Source: Armatimonadota bacterium (GTDB lineage Bacteria; Armatimonadota; SYMT01). Taken from it: a DNA stretch of 64,000 nucleotides. The DNA lies in the NCBI GenBank assembly GCA_041690135.1, contig JAWLHY010000006.1, forward strand, positions 1 to 64,000. The letters are read 5' to 3'. Shown piece by piece: positions 32,279 to 42,099 of the stretch. The notes under the pieces are model-generated. The model saw only the letters and a program-made list of their open reading frames with translations. It was not told the origin of the DNA and made no database searches. Positions within the stretch are counted from its first letter, which is position 1. Each line of letters starts with the position of its first letter. Both the position numbers and the translations under genes were made by a program.

Positions 32279-32694
32279 GAAACTCCCACTCGATCCGCTG
32301 CGGCCTGGCAATGCGGCTCACGAAGATGGCTTGCCGCCCATCAAGCTCGGCACCTAAAGGATCTCGAAGCCACTTTTGGAGAACGACGATGTGAGCCACG
32401 CCGGACGGAAGCGATGTGGGGTGTGTGTCACGGAGACGAACACGGTAGGAGTGTCACGCATGGCGTCCGTACACCAGTAGGGGCAAACGACCCAGGCCGG
32501 ACTCGCGAACCACAATGGGCAGGTCGTGGCCCGTCCCACGGGACTGCCCGGCGCGGACCACGTAGCCCGCGTACGTCCTCCACTGCACGTGCTGCGGCCA
32601 CACGTATGGCGCAACCGGCTCGGACTTTCACCAGCACAAGTGCCCGCACTGTCAGGCCGTCGCCACGGCTTGCCGTGCTGATTTCCGGGACGGG

Positions 32695-33315
32695 TTGAGG
32701 AACTGGAGGGTGAGAGATTACCTGAACAACGCCGAGGACCGGCTGCACCGCTACTTCGGTGCGGGCGGATGGGAACTGTACGACGGCCTGCCCGTCGCGC
32801 AGAACTCGACCCTGACTGTCGCGGACCTACTCGCGTCGGTTGCCCTCAACTCCGGCCTCGATACGCGACGGCAGGTCTGGGAGGTGTGGATCGCCCGACA
32901 GCCCATTGAACGGGTACTGGACAGGATTCCGTTGGAGGCTTCCCTGAAAGACGCAGACGTTCCGTGGGACGACCTGCGGGATCTGATGGACGTCTGCTGT
33001 GCGACTCGCAATTTGCTGTGGCCGGTGGCAACGAAGATCCTTCACAAGAAACGCCCGGCTCTTATTCCTGTATACGACCGGCACATGTGGACCTTCTACA
33101 AGCCCCAGGTGCCCCGCCAGCGGAGCTGGAGCGATTGGGACGGCCGCTGGTGGGTCGCGTGCCTGAAGGTCTTCCGCGAGCACCTGCTGGAGCACCGCTC
33201 GGAGATCCACGGCCTCTGCGAATTGTTGGCCCGCAACGGATGGCATGTCACACCGGTACGGGTGCTGGAAGTGCTGATCTGGATGGCACACGAGCCGACT
33301 GGCGAGTACCGGTGA
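32695..33315 (+). CDS. DUF6308-like (HhH glycosylase-like fold) protein
   Basis: TVADLLASVALNS..VATKILHKKRPALIPVYD..TPVRVLEVLIW. Confidence 0.7.
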   Translation: MRNWRVRDYLNNAEDRLHRYFGAGGWELYDGLPVAQNSTLTVADLLASVALNSGLDTRRQVWEVWIARQPIERVLDRIPLEASLKDADVPWDDLRDLMDVCCATRNLLWPVATKILHKKRPALIPVYDRHMWTFYKPQVPRQRSWSDWDGRWWVACLKVFREHLLEHRSEIHGLCELLARNGWHVTPVRVLEVLIWMAHEPTGEYR

Positions 33316-33438
33316 CAGCCGAAGAGGGGTGACGATGGCGACCAATAATGTTCCAGGTAGACGAACCGGCAACATCTGCTCCGTTCAGGGTCGAGACGGC
33401 GATTACTATCTCCTGAAGAAGGGCAAAAAAACAGCCGC

Positions 33439-34101
33439 GTGGCAAATATCGGGGAGGATGGGGAGCCGAGCGAGTGGGCGGATCTTGTTCCTACTACCGA
33501 CGTGCATGCAATCCGTAGCGCTTCCGGCACACAAGAGGTTGCCTGCCCACCTAATGGCCGTCAGGGAGTCGAGACGGGACGGTTGGGGAACTGGTTAACC
33601 GCACTAGTCCGGGAGAGGGGTTCCGACCTCTGTGTCTACTACGACCATGGCGACAAGAGCACAGGTGACCGCATCTGCGAACCCAAGGGCTTCATCGGAA
33701 CGAGTGTGACCAACGCGAACCGCATCAAGGGGATCGACCTGCTGGTCGCCACCTCCGGCGGGGTTGCACGTGTGCTCGTGGAGATCGAGGAGCGCCCAGT
33801 TTCTCCGTCGAAAGTCATAGGCGACGCGTGGGCCATTCTCATGTCTACTGGGTTCGCGGTTCTTGATGGGCGGCACCAGCGATACGTCCGGCCCGATGCG
33901 CACACCGTTCTGATCGTAGCCGGAGTGGTGCCCGACGGAGGGGATCGGCTGGAGAAGATCAAGCTCATCGAGGACAGAATCCAGCAAGGGACTGGCTATC
34001 CATTCTGCGTCCTAGCTGGAAACGTAGAACTCATCTTCGAGAGCCAGCTTCCGACCACGCTGGCTCGTGTTCAGGATCGTCTACGCGAACTCACCGGTTA
34101 A
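33439..34101 (+). CDS. Hypothetical protein, possible PD-(D/E)XK fold; may start at 33335 via a frameshift in an A7 run
   Basis: GIDLLV..VLVEIEE. Confidence 0.55.
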   Translation: MANIGEDGEPSEWADLVPTTDVHAIRSASGTQEVACPPNGRQGVETGRLGNWLTALVRERGSDLCVYYDHGDKSTGDRICEPKGFIGTSVTNANRIKGIDLLVATSGGVARVLVEIEERPVSPSKVIGDAWAILMSTGFAVLDGRHQRYVRPDAHTVLIVAGVVPDGGDRLEKIKLIEDRIQQGTGYPFCVLAGNVELIFESQLPTTLARVQDRLRELTG

Positions 34102-34334
34102 CCGCTCTGAACCGCAGTGAAATAGCTCCTTTCGATAGCAGTGGACCTGCGGCTCCGAACGCTCTCCAACCCACTATTCGCGGCTATCGTAACTTCGTCC
34201 CGTCGGCGGGCGAAGCCTGCAGGTGCGCCTCGGCTAGATCCTACGCCGCCAAGTCCGGGATGCCGCCCCACAGTGGTGATATGCGCCATACGGAGACACA
34301 CAGCACCACCACGGGGCGGGGGTCGCCGTACGGA

Positions 34335-34850
34335 TCAGCGCAGATTCATCCGGTCGCCGGGTGAGGCCCGCCGATGTGCCGCTTCCGCGTCGGTCTGGGT
34401 GATGAGCACGTACCGGCGCAGGATCTCCAGGCTCTCGTGCCCCATCAGGACCTGCAACTCGTAGACGTTCCCTCCGGCCCGCAAGAACTCAATGGCGAAG
34501 GTGTGGCGGAACGTGTGAGGTGAGCAGCGCACGCCCTGGACTCCGGCCACCTGTCCGAGCTTGCGGATCACCTGTGTGAATCCCGAACGGGTCATGGCCT
34601 CCCCGGAACGAGTGCCACCTTCCGCCAGGAAGAGCGGCTCCTCGGGCTTTGCGCCCCGGCGCTGGACCTCCAGGTATCGTCGGACCGCCCGCCGCGCATC
34701 CCGACCCAGATAGACCCGACGCCGCTTCCCACCCTTGCCGGTGACCGTGATCTCTCCGGTGCCACTCTCCACGTCCGCAATCCGCAAGGAGCCCACCTCG
34801 CTGATGCGGAGACCGCTGTCCAGGAACATCCTGACCACGGCACAATTGCC
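34335..34850 (-). pseudogene. 5'-truncated tyrosine recombinase (catalytic domain only)
   Basis: LDSGLR..HTFRH..LMGH..RRY; 2 aa differences over 162 aa from the 47511-48548 integrase. Confidence 0.9.
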
Positions 34851-35203
34851 CCCAATCATTGGCAGAAGCAACCGACACCTTCCAGTGCATGAGTCACTCC
34901 ACCGAACTCCACTCACGCACAGCACCCGCTGGGAATGCGCCATCCGAAGCAAGTTTCACACAGAGGAGAAGCAGTCCCACCTACATAATTAGGTAAACGG
35001 TAGGTTGGCTGATGACACAGCGGGTTAGCAGGGAACTCCGGCAATTGGATAGACGCTTTTCCTCGTGCCTGAAAGTCCATCCCAAGCGCCCTCACCGAGC
35101 CCAGCGTCGGAAAGGCGGTTTCAGCTCTGCAGCAGCGGAGGCACGCGCCATCGGGAGTGACGCACTGACAGCCCCCCGGACAACAGGAGGTAAGGGATAG
35201 GCG

Positions 35204-35647
35204 ATGCATAGCAATTACGTTTTCACTGACGAAGACCAAATCTACCCCGTTTACTGCCCACAATGTCGGTGCCACATTCCCAAGGCAGTCTCGCTGGCCC
35301 AAAGATCTTGCGATGATTGTTTGCAGAGACAGCAGCAGGCACAACAGATACAGGCCGCAGCGCAGGCACAGGCACAGATTGTCCACCAGCAGGCGCTTCA
35401 ACAGACCCATCAGCAGGTCTACAATGTTGACACGGGCGTCGGACCTTGCCCTGTATGCCACAGTAGAAATGTACATCAGTTCACGCAGGGGAATGGGGGT
35501 GGACTGATGGCCTCCTGCATGCTCGGGGGCGTCCTCGGAATGCTCTGCTGCTGGCCTGCACTACTAATCCTTCCGCTCCTTCCCGCCCTTGGCAGAAGTT
35601 CCACGCATCGGCATTGCAATAGCTGTGGGCATCGCTGGCAGGTTTAG
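35204..35647 (+). CDS. Zn-ribbon, Gln-rich linker and LITAF-like membrane Zn-ribbon protein
   Basis: CPQC..CDDC, Q-rich linker, CPVC-hydrophobic-CCWP..HCNSC; AGGAGG upstream. Confidence 0.75.
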   Translation: MHSNYVFTDEDQIYPVYCPQCRCHIPKAVSLAQRSCDDCLQRQQQAQQIQAAAQAQAQIVHQQALQQTHQQVYNVDTGVGPCPVCHSRNVHQFTQGNGGGLMASCMLGGVLGMLCCWPALLILPLLPALGRSSTHRHCNSCGHRWQV

Positions 35648-35778
35648 AGGTGAACCCCGATCCCCTTTGTTGCCAGAAGGATGACCAATCGACTAACCAG
35701 CGAGGTAGTTGTAGGCAAGGGGTCGCTCGCTGTGCTTCGCCGAAACCTCGCATCCAGGACTGAAGCTCGGGTTGAGCA

Positions 35779-35803
35779 AAACTGCTCGCTTTCCGAGCAG
35801 TTT
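35779..35803. repeat. Palindromic site copy 4: AAACTGCTC-gctttcc-GAGCAGTTT
   Basis: Perfect 9-bp arms; best match to the consensus. Confidence 0.85.
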
Positions 35804-36122
35804 CAAATGCTGCGCAATTCAGCGCTCTGTTCGGGGTGAGTGCTCTCGGCACCAATGTGGCTACGAATGGGGCTGGGCCGACGCCTGGCTTCGGGCATAT
35901 GCACTTGTAGAGGGCGGGCTGTACCCGAAGTACCCGGTTCCCCGACCAGCATGCCGCCTTGTGGCAGTCGGAAGCGGGTTTCTTCTGCTCACAGGTTTGC
36001 TCTCGGACCTGTGAGCAGTGGGTAAGCCGTGACGGGACCTAAAAGTAACAGAATACTCTTTCCAGGCACGAATGGGAGCCTCATTGGGAGCGGCCGTGCG
36101 TGAACGGCATGCTCATCCACGC

Positions 36123-36173
36123 ACTCAAAAACCGGTTCCGAAAGGAGTGCGGGTTCGACGCCCGCCTTCGGCA
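36123..36173 (+). other. 3' half of tRNA-Leu(CAA), att-like remnant
   Basis: Loop CTCAAAA, ACCGG, variable arm TCCGAAAGGA, T arm GCGGG-TTCGACG-CCCGC, acceptor strand CTTCGGC-A; no D arm or 5' strand upstream. Confidence 0.85.
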
Positions 36174-36228
36174 TCTCCGACAGGGCTCACCGCGATGACG
36201 CGAAGTCTCGCAGAGGGCCGCAAAGAAG

Positions 36229-36280
36229 AATGAAGAGGGGCTCCCCGGTGATGCGGGGGGGCCCTTCATTTTTTGCTTTT
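36229..36280 (+). terminator. Intrinsic terminator
   Basis: aatgaag..ggctcccc / ggggggcccttcatt hairpin followed by a T tract. Confidence 0.7.
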
Positions 36281-36404
36281 GGCGTCAGGATTTCACGCCG
36301 ATTGAGGGGAGCGAACTGCACACTATGCGAACAGTTTCCGGAATGTTCTTGCGGCGCGGAGTTGCGGGACTAGTTTTCGTAAGCAGCACCGGTCGCGGCA
36401 GGAT

Positions 36405-36740
36405 GACGCGGGGCGGACCGCTGGTAATCGTAACAGTAGACCTGCCCTCCGAACCGTTGTGGGCGCTGGGCACAGTAGGCGCGGACCTTCTCGGACAGGT
36501 TCTTCCTGCACGTCGCACACCGGGCGGAGTCGTATGTCGGAGCGACCCAAGCCACCGGTGCCGCCAGGAAGCGCAGGAGATGGCCCAGAAGCCGCTGTAG
36601 GGGCCAGGAGCGCCGTCGAGTCTACCCCCTACGAATAGAGAGGGCGACCACCAGACGGTTCCTGTCCCAGAGCGTGACCCCATTCGCCTCCGCCAGCGTT
36701 GCCGCCTTCCGGGTGAACAGGATTACTGCATGGGCAACCG
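36405..36740 (-). pseudogene. Mrr-like endonuclease C-terminal remnant, copy B
   Basis: FTRKAATLAEANGVTLWDRNRL and CATCRKNLSEKVRAYC..RFGGQVYCYDYQR; homologous to 24810-25145. Confidence 0.7.
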
Positions 36741-37402
36741 CCTTCTCCATCCTCGATTGGTCGGCAACCGGGGAATGGTCCCTGCGTTCTGTCCAATGGC
36801 GGTGCTCGCCTCCGGTTCCGCTGCTGCCGTTGCGCACTCCCGGATCGGCGTTACTACCTGGGAAGCGCCTCATGTTCATCGGCGTGTACGGACAGTGCCT
36901 GGGATGAGCCCGGTATCAAAGGCGGCAGGGATAGCCTCGCGTGTGGTGAGGGCGATACGTCCATGCCATGCGCAAAGCCCTGGGTGATACAGAGGTGACA
37001 GGCACCCCCTAATTTCTGTGTATGGAAGGCAAGCGAGCCGTTGACTGCACCGATACAGGTAAGTAGCCGCTATCAGGAATTTTTCGAGAATCAGGTCTCC
37101 CGCACCGGACATGCACCTGGGCAACGAGTAAGGGTCGCTTTGCTCTATGCCAGCGCCGAATTTCGGAACCGAGAAGGGTCGGGGATGCTGCACCGGCTCT
37201 TGGGTGCGGTGTGCCGGAACCGAAGATCCTGTTTGAGGTTCCAATAATGGGGTGGGCGTGCGCCCGAAGTTCCCTTACGCCTTGCAAACGCGGACTACGG
37301 CGCGGCTGATTGGAAGGCTGGGCACAGGTTATGGACGCTGCCCCAGCGGCCTGTTAAGATCAGACACCCTCCACCCCTTGTAGGCAGTTGCGCAAATCAC
37401 GT

Positions 37403-40400
37403 ATGTCGGATGAGGATCTGGACCCCGTAATGACTTGTGACCGTGCGAGCGTCCTCCTGGTCGATGATCGTCCCGAGAACCTCCTGACGCTGGAGGCCGC
37501 GCTCTCCGACCTGGATGTAGACCTGGTTCGCGCCACTTCCGGTCCCGAGGCGCTGAAGCAGGTCCTGGACCGGCAATTTGCGGTGGTCCTGCTCGACGTG
37601 CAAATGCCCGAGATGGACGGCTTCGAGACGGCGCGACTCATCCGGCAGCGGGAGCGGAGCCGCGACACCCCTATCATCTTCCTGACCGCCGACGAGCGTG
37701 CCCCCACCCAGGTGTTTGACGTCTACGCGGCGGGAGCCGTGGACTTTCTCGTCAAGCCCGTGGTACCGCAAATCCTCAAGGCCAAGGTCTCCACCTTCGT
37801 AGCACTCCACCGGCAGGCGCTGGCCCTCCAGGCTGAAGTGCGGCAGCGCGTACAGGCCGAGCAGGCGCTTCGTGCGGCCGCTCAACAGCGGGAACAAGCC
37901 GAGGCGGAGGTCCGACGCCTGAACCAGGAACTGGAAGCCCGGGTCACCCGCCGCACAGCGGAACTCCAGCGGGTGCGGGACCGCCTGCATTTCCTGGCGG
38001 AAGCCAGCGCCCTCCTCGGGTCCTCTCTGGACTACGAAGTGACCCTCCAGAACGTGGCCCGGTTGGCGGTATCCTGCTGCGCAGATTTCTGCGTAATCGA
38101 CGTGCTCGAACACGACGGACTCCTTCGCCGGGTGGCAGTGGCCCACGCAGACCCCGTACAGGAGGAGCAGTTCGGGCCACTGCTGCGGCAGCACACCCCC
38201 AACCGTGATCGGGGCATGATTGCAGAAGCGCTGCGGGAAGGCCGGTCCTTCCTGGTGCCGGAAGTGACGGAAGCCTGGATGGAGGCCGTAGCGACCAGTG
38301 AAGCCCACCGGGGACTCATGCAGGACCTCGGGGTTCGCTCGGTGATGTTGGTCCCCCTCCAGGCTCGTGGCCGCACCCTGGGCCTGCTCGTCTTCGGATC
38401 TACCGAAGAGGGGCACCGCTATGGCACAGAAGATCTGGCCGTCGCGGAGGCCCTGGCCCACCGGGCGGGCTTGGCGCTCGACAATGCCCGGCTGTACCAG
38501 GAGGCGCGGACCAGTGGGGAACGGCTGCTCCGCTTGACGGAAGCCTCGGCCACGCTCCTGCCGGGCGGGGAGGGGCGATCAATCGTGTCCGCCGTGCTCG
38601 ACCTGGCACAGCGTCTGATCCCGGCCGATGCCTTGGCCCTCTGGAGGCAAGAAGAGCCGCACGGCTGGACGATGGTGGCGCAGGCCAACCTTTCGGCAGG
38701 CTGCCCGGCCGCACTTTCACCCAGCGCAGATCGGCTGTCTGCGGAAGCGGTTTGCATCGAAGATGTGGAAGCCTGGTCCGGCCCGGAAGAGCGGCGCGAA
38801 GCCTACCGCGCTGAAGGTATCCGCTCCCTGCTCCATACTCCGCTCCGCCTGCACGGGGAACTTACCGGCACCCTCACTTTTTACTACCGGAGACCGTACC
38901 CCTTCGAGGAAGGGGAGGTGCGCGTGGCGACCGCCCTCGCCAACCTGGCGGCTTCCGCGATTACTACCGGCGAACTGTACACCGAACAGCGCCGGATGCG
39001 GAACGCGGCGGAGGCCGCGCAGGAGCAACTGCGGTTTCTGGCGGAAGCCAGCACGGTGCTCGCCTCTTCTCTCGACTACCGGACCACTCTGGAGCACGTA
39101 GCCCAACTCGCGGTGCAAAGCCTGGCCGACTGGTGCACCGTGCACCTCGTGGAAGAGGACGGGAATGTGCGGCAGGTCGCCCTAGCCCACGTGGACCCCG
39201 AGAAGGTGAAGTGGGGCCGAGCGCTCGGAGAGCTTTACCCTTACGATCCCGACCAGCCCCGAGGGGTGGCGCACGTATTGCGATCCGGGCAGACCGAAAT
39301 CTACCCGGAGATCACCGACGACTTGCTAGTGCAGACGGCACGAGACCCGGAGCACCTGGAACTACTGCGGAAGGTCGGCTTTACCTCCTGTGTGATCGCG
39401 CCCCTCCGAATCAGGGATCAGGTGCTGGGAGCCATCAGCTTCATCGCTTCCGAATCCGGCAAGCGCTACGATGCCGCCGGAGTGGCGCTCGCGGAAGACC
39501 TGGCGCGGCGGGCGGCCACGGCCATTGACCATGCCCGCCTCTTCCGCCAGGCGGAGGAGGCACTCCGCCAGCGCGAGGAGACGCTGGCACTCTTGGACAC
39601 CCTGTTCGCTTCGGCTCCGGTGGCCCTGGCCTTCCTCGACACAGACCTCCGCTATGTGCGGGTCAATGAAGCCCTCGCGGGCATGCATGGGAAGCGCCCG
39701 GAGGAGATCGTGGGCCGCACCCTTCACGAGATGGTGCCCACCATGGCTGCGATGTTGGAGCCCCTCTACCGGCGCGTCATGGAAAGCGGAGCGCCGCTGC
39801 TGAACCTGGAGGTGAGCGGAGAAACCTCCGCCGCGCCCGGCGAGCAATGCCACTGGCTGGTGAACTATTACCCCGTGCGCAATCCGCAGGGGCAGGTGCT
39901 CGGCGTAGGGGCTGCGGCGGTGGAAATGACGGACCGCATCCGGGTGAGGCAAGCCCTGCAAGCCAGTGAGGCGCGGCTGGGCGGCATCATCGGCTCGGCG
40001 ATGGACGCCATCATTACCGTGGACGCAAGGCATCGGATTACGCTCTTCAACGCGGCGGCGGAGCGAATGTTCCGGTGTTCGGCCGCCTCTGCCCTGGGGG
40101 AGCCGGTGGAACGGTTCATTCCCGAGCGGTTCCGCCGGATGCACGCCGGACACGTGATGGCATTCGAGGAAAAGGGGGAGACGAGCCGCTCCCTCCGGTC
40201 GCTGGGCACGCTCACGGCACTCCGGGCGGATGGCGAGGAGTTCCCTATCGAGGCCGCCATTTCGCAGGTGGAAGTCGGTGGGGAGCGGTTCTTCACGGTT
40301 ATTCTGCGGGACGTGACGGACCGCCTGGCGTTGGAAGCGGAGCTTCGCGAGCGCGTGAAGGACCTCGCGCTGGCCGCACAGCGCAAGGATGAGTTCCTGG

Positions 40401-41482
40401 CCATGCTCGCGCACGAACTGCGGAACCCGCTGGGAGCCATCAGCAACGCCCTGCATGTGATCCAACAGCCCCACGCTCCGGAGGCGGCCCGCCAACGCGC
40501 CCTCCAGGTGTTCCAACGGCAGATCGGGCACCAGAGCCGCATGGTGGACGACCTGCTGGACGTGTCACGGCTCACGCGGGGCCTGGTGGAGATTAGGTCG
40601 GAGCGACTGGATCTGGTCTCCCTCGTCCGGGACACGGCCGAGGACTATCGGGAGAGCCTGGACCGGGAAGGACTCGGCTTCTCCCTGGACCTGCCGGTAC
40701 GGACGCTGTGGGTCGAAGGTGACCCGACCCGTCTCTCCCAGGTGCTGGGCAATCTGATGAGTAACGCCATGAAATTCACCCAGACGGGCGGGCACGTGGC
40801 CGTCTCGGTGGAGGAGGACCGAGAAGCGGATCGGGTAACCGTGCGGGTGCGAGACACCGGAGAGGGGCTTACGGCCGACTTCCTGCCCTACGCTTTCGCT
40901 GCGTTCGCCCAGGCCGACCGCAGTCTTGCCCGCAGCCGGGGGGGGTTGGGGTTGGGCCTGGCTATCGTGAAGGGCCTGATTGAACTCCACGGAGGTGAGG
41001 TTGGCGTTTCCAGCGCGGGGCCTGGCTGCGGGGCGGAGTTCTGGTTTTCCCTGCCGCTGGTGAGCCGGGGTATCGACCTTCCCCCCGCCCGCCTCACAGC
41101 CTCACCCGGAGGCGGGCTCCGCATTCTGGTCGTGGAGGACAATCGGGATGCGGCGGAAACTCTCCGGGACCTGCTGGAGATGTATGGGTATGCAGTGGAG
41201 ATCGCGCTTACAGGGCACGCCGGTCTGCAACTTGCCCGAGAGTGGCAGCCGGACGTGGTGCTGTGCGATATCGGTCTCCCCGGAATGGACGGGCATGAGG
41301 TCGCCAGAAGCCTGCGGCAGGCCGGAAACCCACCGCTCCGGCGGCTCATCGCCGTGACCGGTTACGGGGGCGCGGAAGACCAGGTGCGTTCACGCGAGGC
41401 CGGGTTCGACCACCACCTGGTCAAGCCGCTGAACCCCGAAGAGTTGAAGCAGGTGCTCGATAACGTTGCCGTGGATGGCTGA
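37403..41482 (+). CDS. Hybrid sensor histidine kinase REC-GAFx3-PASx2-HisKA-HATPase-REC
   Basis: VLLVDD..LLDVQMPEMDG; three GAF repeats; LAHELRNPL, NAMKF, GLGLGL; C-terminal REC. Confidence 0.93.
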   Translation: MSDEDLDPVMTCDRASVLLVDDRPENLLTLEAALSDLDVDLVRATSGPEALKQVLDRQFAVVLLDVQMPEMDGFETARLIRQRERSRDTPIIFLTADERAPTQVFDVYAAGAVDFLVKPVVPQILKAKVSTFVALHRQALALQAEVRQRVQAEQALRAAAQQREQAEAEVRRLNQELEARVTRRTAELQRVRDRLHFLAEASALLGSSLDYEVTLQNVARLAVSCCADFCVIDVLEHDGLLRRVAVAHADPVQEEQFGPLLRQHTPNRDRGMIAEALREGRSFLVPEVTEAWMEAVATSEAHRGLMQDLGVRSVMLVPLQARGRTLGLLVFGSTEEGHRYGTEDLAVAEALAHRAGLALDNARLYQEARTSGERLLRLTEASATLLPGGEGRSIVSAVLDLAQRLIPADALALWRQEEPHGWTMVAQANLSAGCPAALSPSADRLSAEAVCIEDVEAWSGPEERREAYRAEGIRSLLHTPLRLHGELTGTLTFYYRRPYPFEEGEVRVATALANLAASAITTGELYTEQRRMRNAAEAAQEQLRFLAEASTVLASSLDYRTTLEHVAQLAVQSLADWCTVHLVEEDGNVRQVALAHVDPEKVKWGRALGELYPYDPDQPRGVAHVLRSGQTEIYPEITDDLLVQTARDPEHLELLRKVGFTSCVIAPLRIRDQVLGAISFIASESGKRYDAAGVALAEDLARRAATAIDHARLFRQAEEALRQREETLALLDTLFASAPVALAFLDTDLRYVRVNEALAGMHGKRPEEIVGRTLHEMVPTMAAMLEPLYRRVMESGAPLLNLEVSGETSAAPGEQCHWLVNYYPVRNPQGQVLGVGAAAVEMTDRIRVRQALQASEARLGGIIGSAMDAIITVDARHRITLFNAAAERMFRCSAASALGEPVERFIPERFRRMHAGHVMAFEEKGETSRSLRSLGTLTALRADGEEFPIEAAISQVEVGGERFFTVILRDVTDRLALEAELRERVKDLALAAQRKDEFLAMLAHELRNPLGAISNALHVIQQPHAPEAARQRALQVFQRQIGHQSRMVDDLLDVSRLTRGLVEIRSERLDLVSLVRDTAEDYRESLDREGLGFSLDLPVRTLWVEGDPTRLSQVLGNLMSNAMKFTQTGGHVAVSVEEDREADRVTVRVRDTGEGLTADFLPYAFAAFAQADRSLARSRGGLGLGLAIVKGLIELHGGEVGVSSAGPGCGAEFWFSLPLVSRGIDLPPARLTASPGGGLRILVVEDNRDAAETLRDLLEMYGYAVEIALTGHAGLQLAREWQPDVVLCDIGLPGMDGHEVARSLRQAGNPPLRRLIAVTGYGGAEDQVRSREAGFDHHLVKPLNPEELKQVLDNVAVDG

Positions 41483-41765
41483 TGCGCTGGTAGCCTCACC
41501 TCACGTTGGCCGCGTGGCACTTCGGCATCCTCACGAATGCCCCCTGTGGCTTTGGGCAAGGCCATCCCGACTACTATAAAGGTCACTCGCACTGCGGAAT
41601 GAGGACCGGAGCTTCTCGCCCCTTACGCCTCCGGTTGCAAGACCCGAGAGTACGCCCTTGCCAGCGCGTCTCTTCTCGTAAAGCCTGGTGGCTACGTTTA
41701 TGCGGTGGGTGGGCCTGGGAACTAACGAGCGAGCTAGGCTGGGCTGGGGAACCGGCACGATGGGA

Positions 41766-42065
41766 ATGAAACACGAACTTCAGACCGAGAGTGCGGCTGG
41801 TGCGGATGCATTCGATCCAGAGTATGCTTCGGCCGCGATTCCCGACGCCGAGCGACATTTCCTACTGCTGACCCTCGCCGACGCTCGGCAGCGGGCCGAG
41901 GAAGGCCAGACCTTCTGGGGCTATGCGCTGCTCATTCGGGGCCTGATCCGCGCCGAGAAGGCGCTGCTCGAAGAGCATGTGTGGGCCGGTGAATTGATGC
42001 GGTACTGGCGCAGTGCCATCAGAGACTACTGTGCCCGGCACGACACTGGCGAGGCGGAAGAATAG
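41766..42065 (+). CDS. Small helical protein, paralog 1 of a local family
   Basis: Shares A-x6-[GD]-x4-G[YA]xxLxx[GA]LxR[AC] with 45835, 46138, 46584. Confidence 0.75.
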   Translation: MKHELQTESAAGADAFDPEYASAAIPDAERHFLLLTLADARQRAEEGQTFWGYALLIRGLIRAEKALLEEHVWAGELMRYWRSAIRDYCARHDTGEAEE

Positions 42066-42099
42066 GCACCGCAACCGGTGGTGAGGCCACCGCGCACGG

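Larger units (their letters stand above)
1..36175. mobile_element. Composite genomic/defence island ending at a tRNA-Leu(CAA) 3' fragment; left end not visible in window
   Basis: att-like tRNA 3' half at 36123-36173, integrase remnant, two xis-like HTH genes, phage-type rep, many defence genes and pseudogenes, AT-richer patches. Confidence 0.7.

Noticed and set aside
35950-36173. Intact or intron-split tRNA-Leu
   Set aside because: No 5' acceptor strand or D arm and no recognisable intron core upstream
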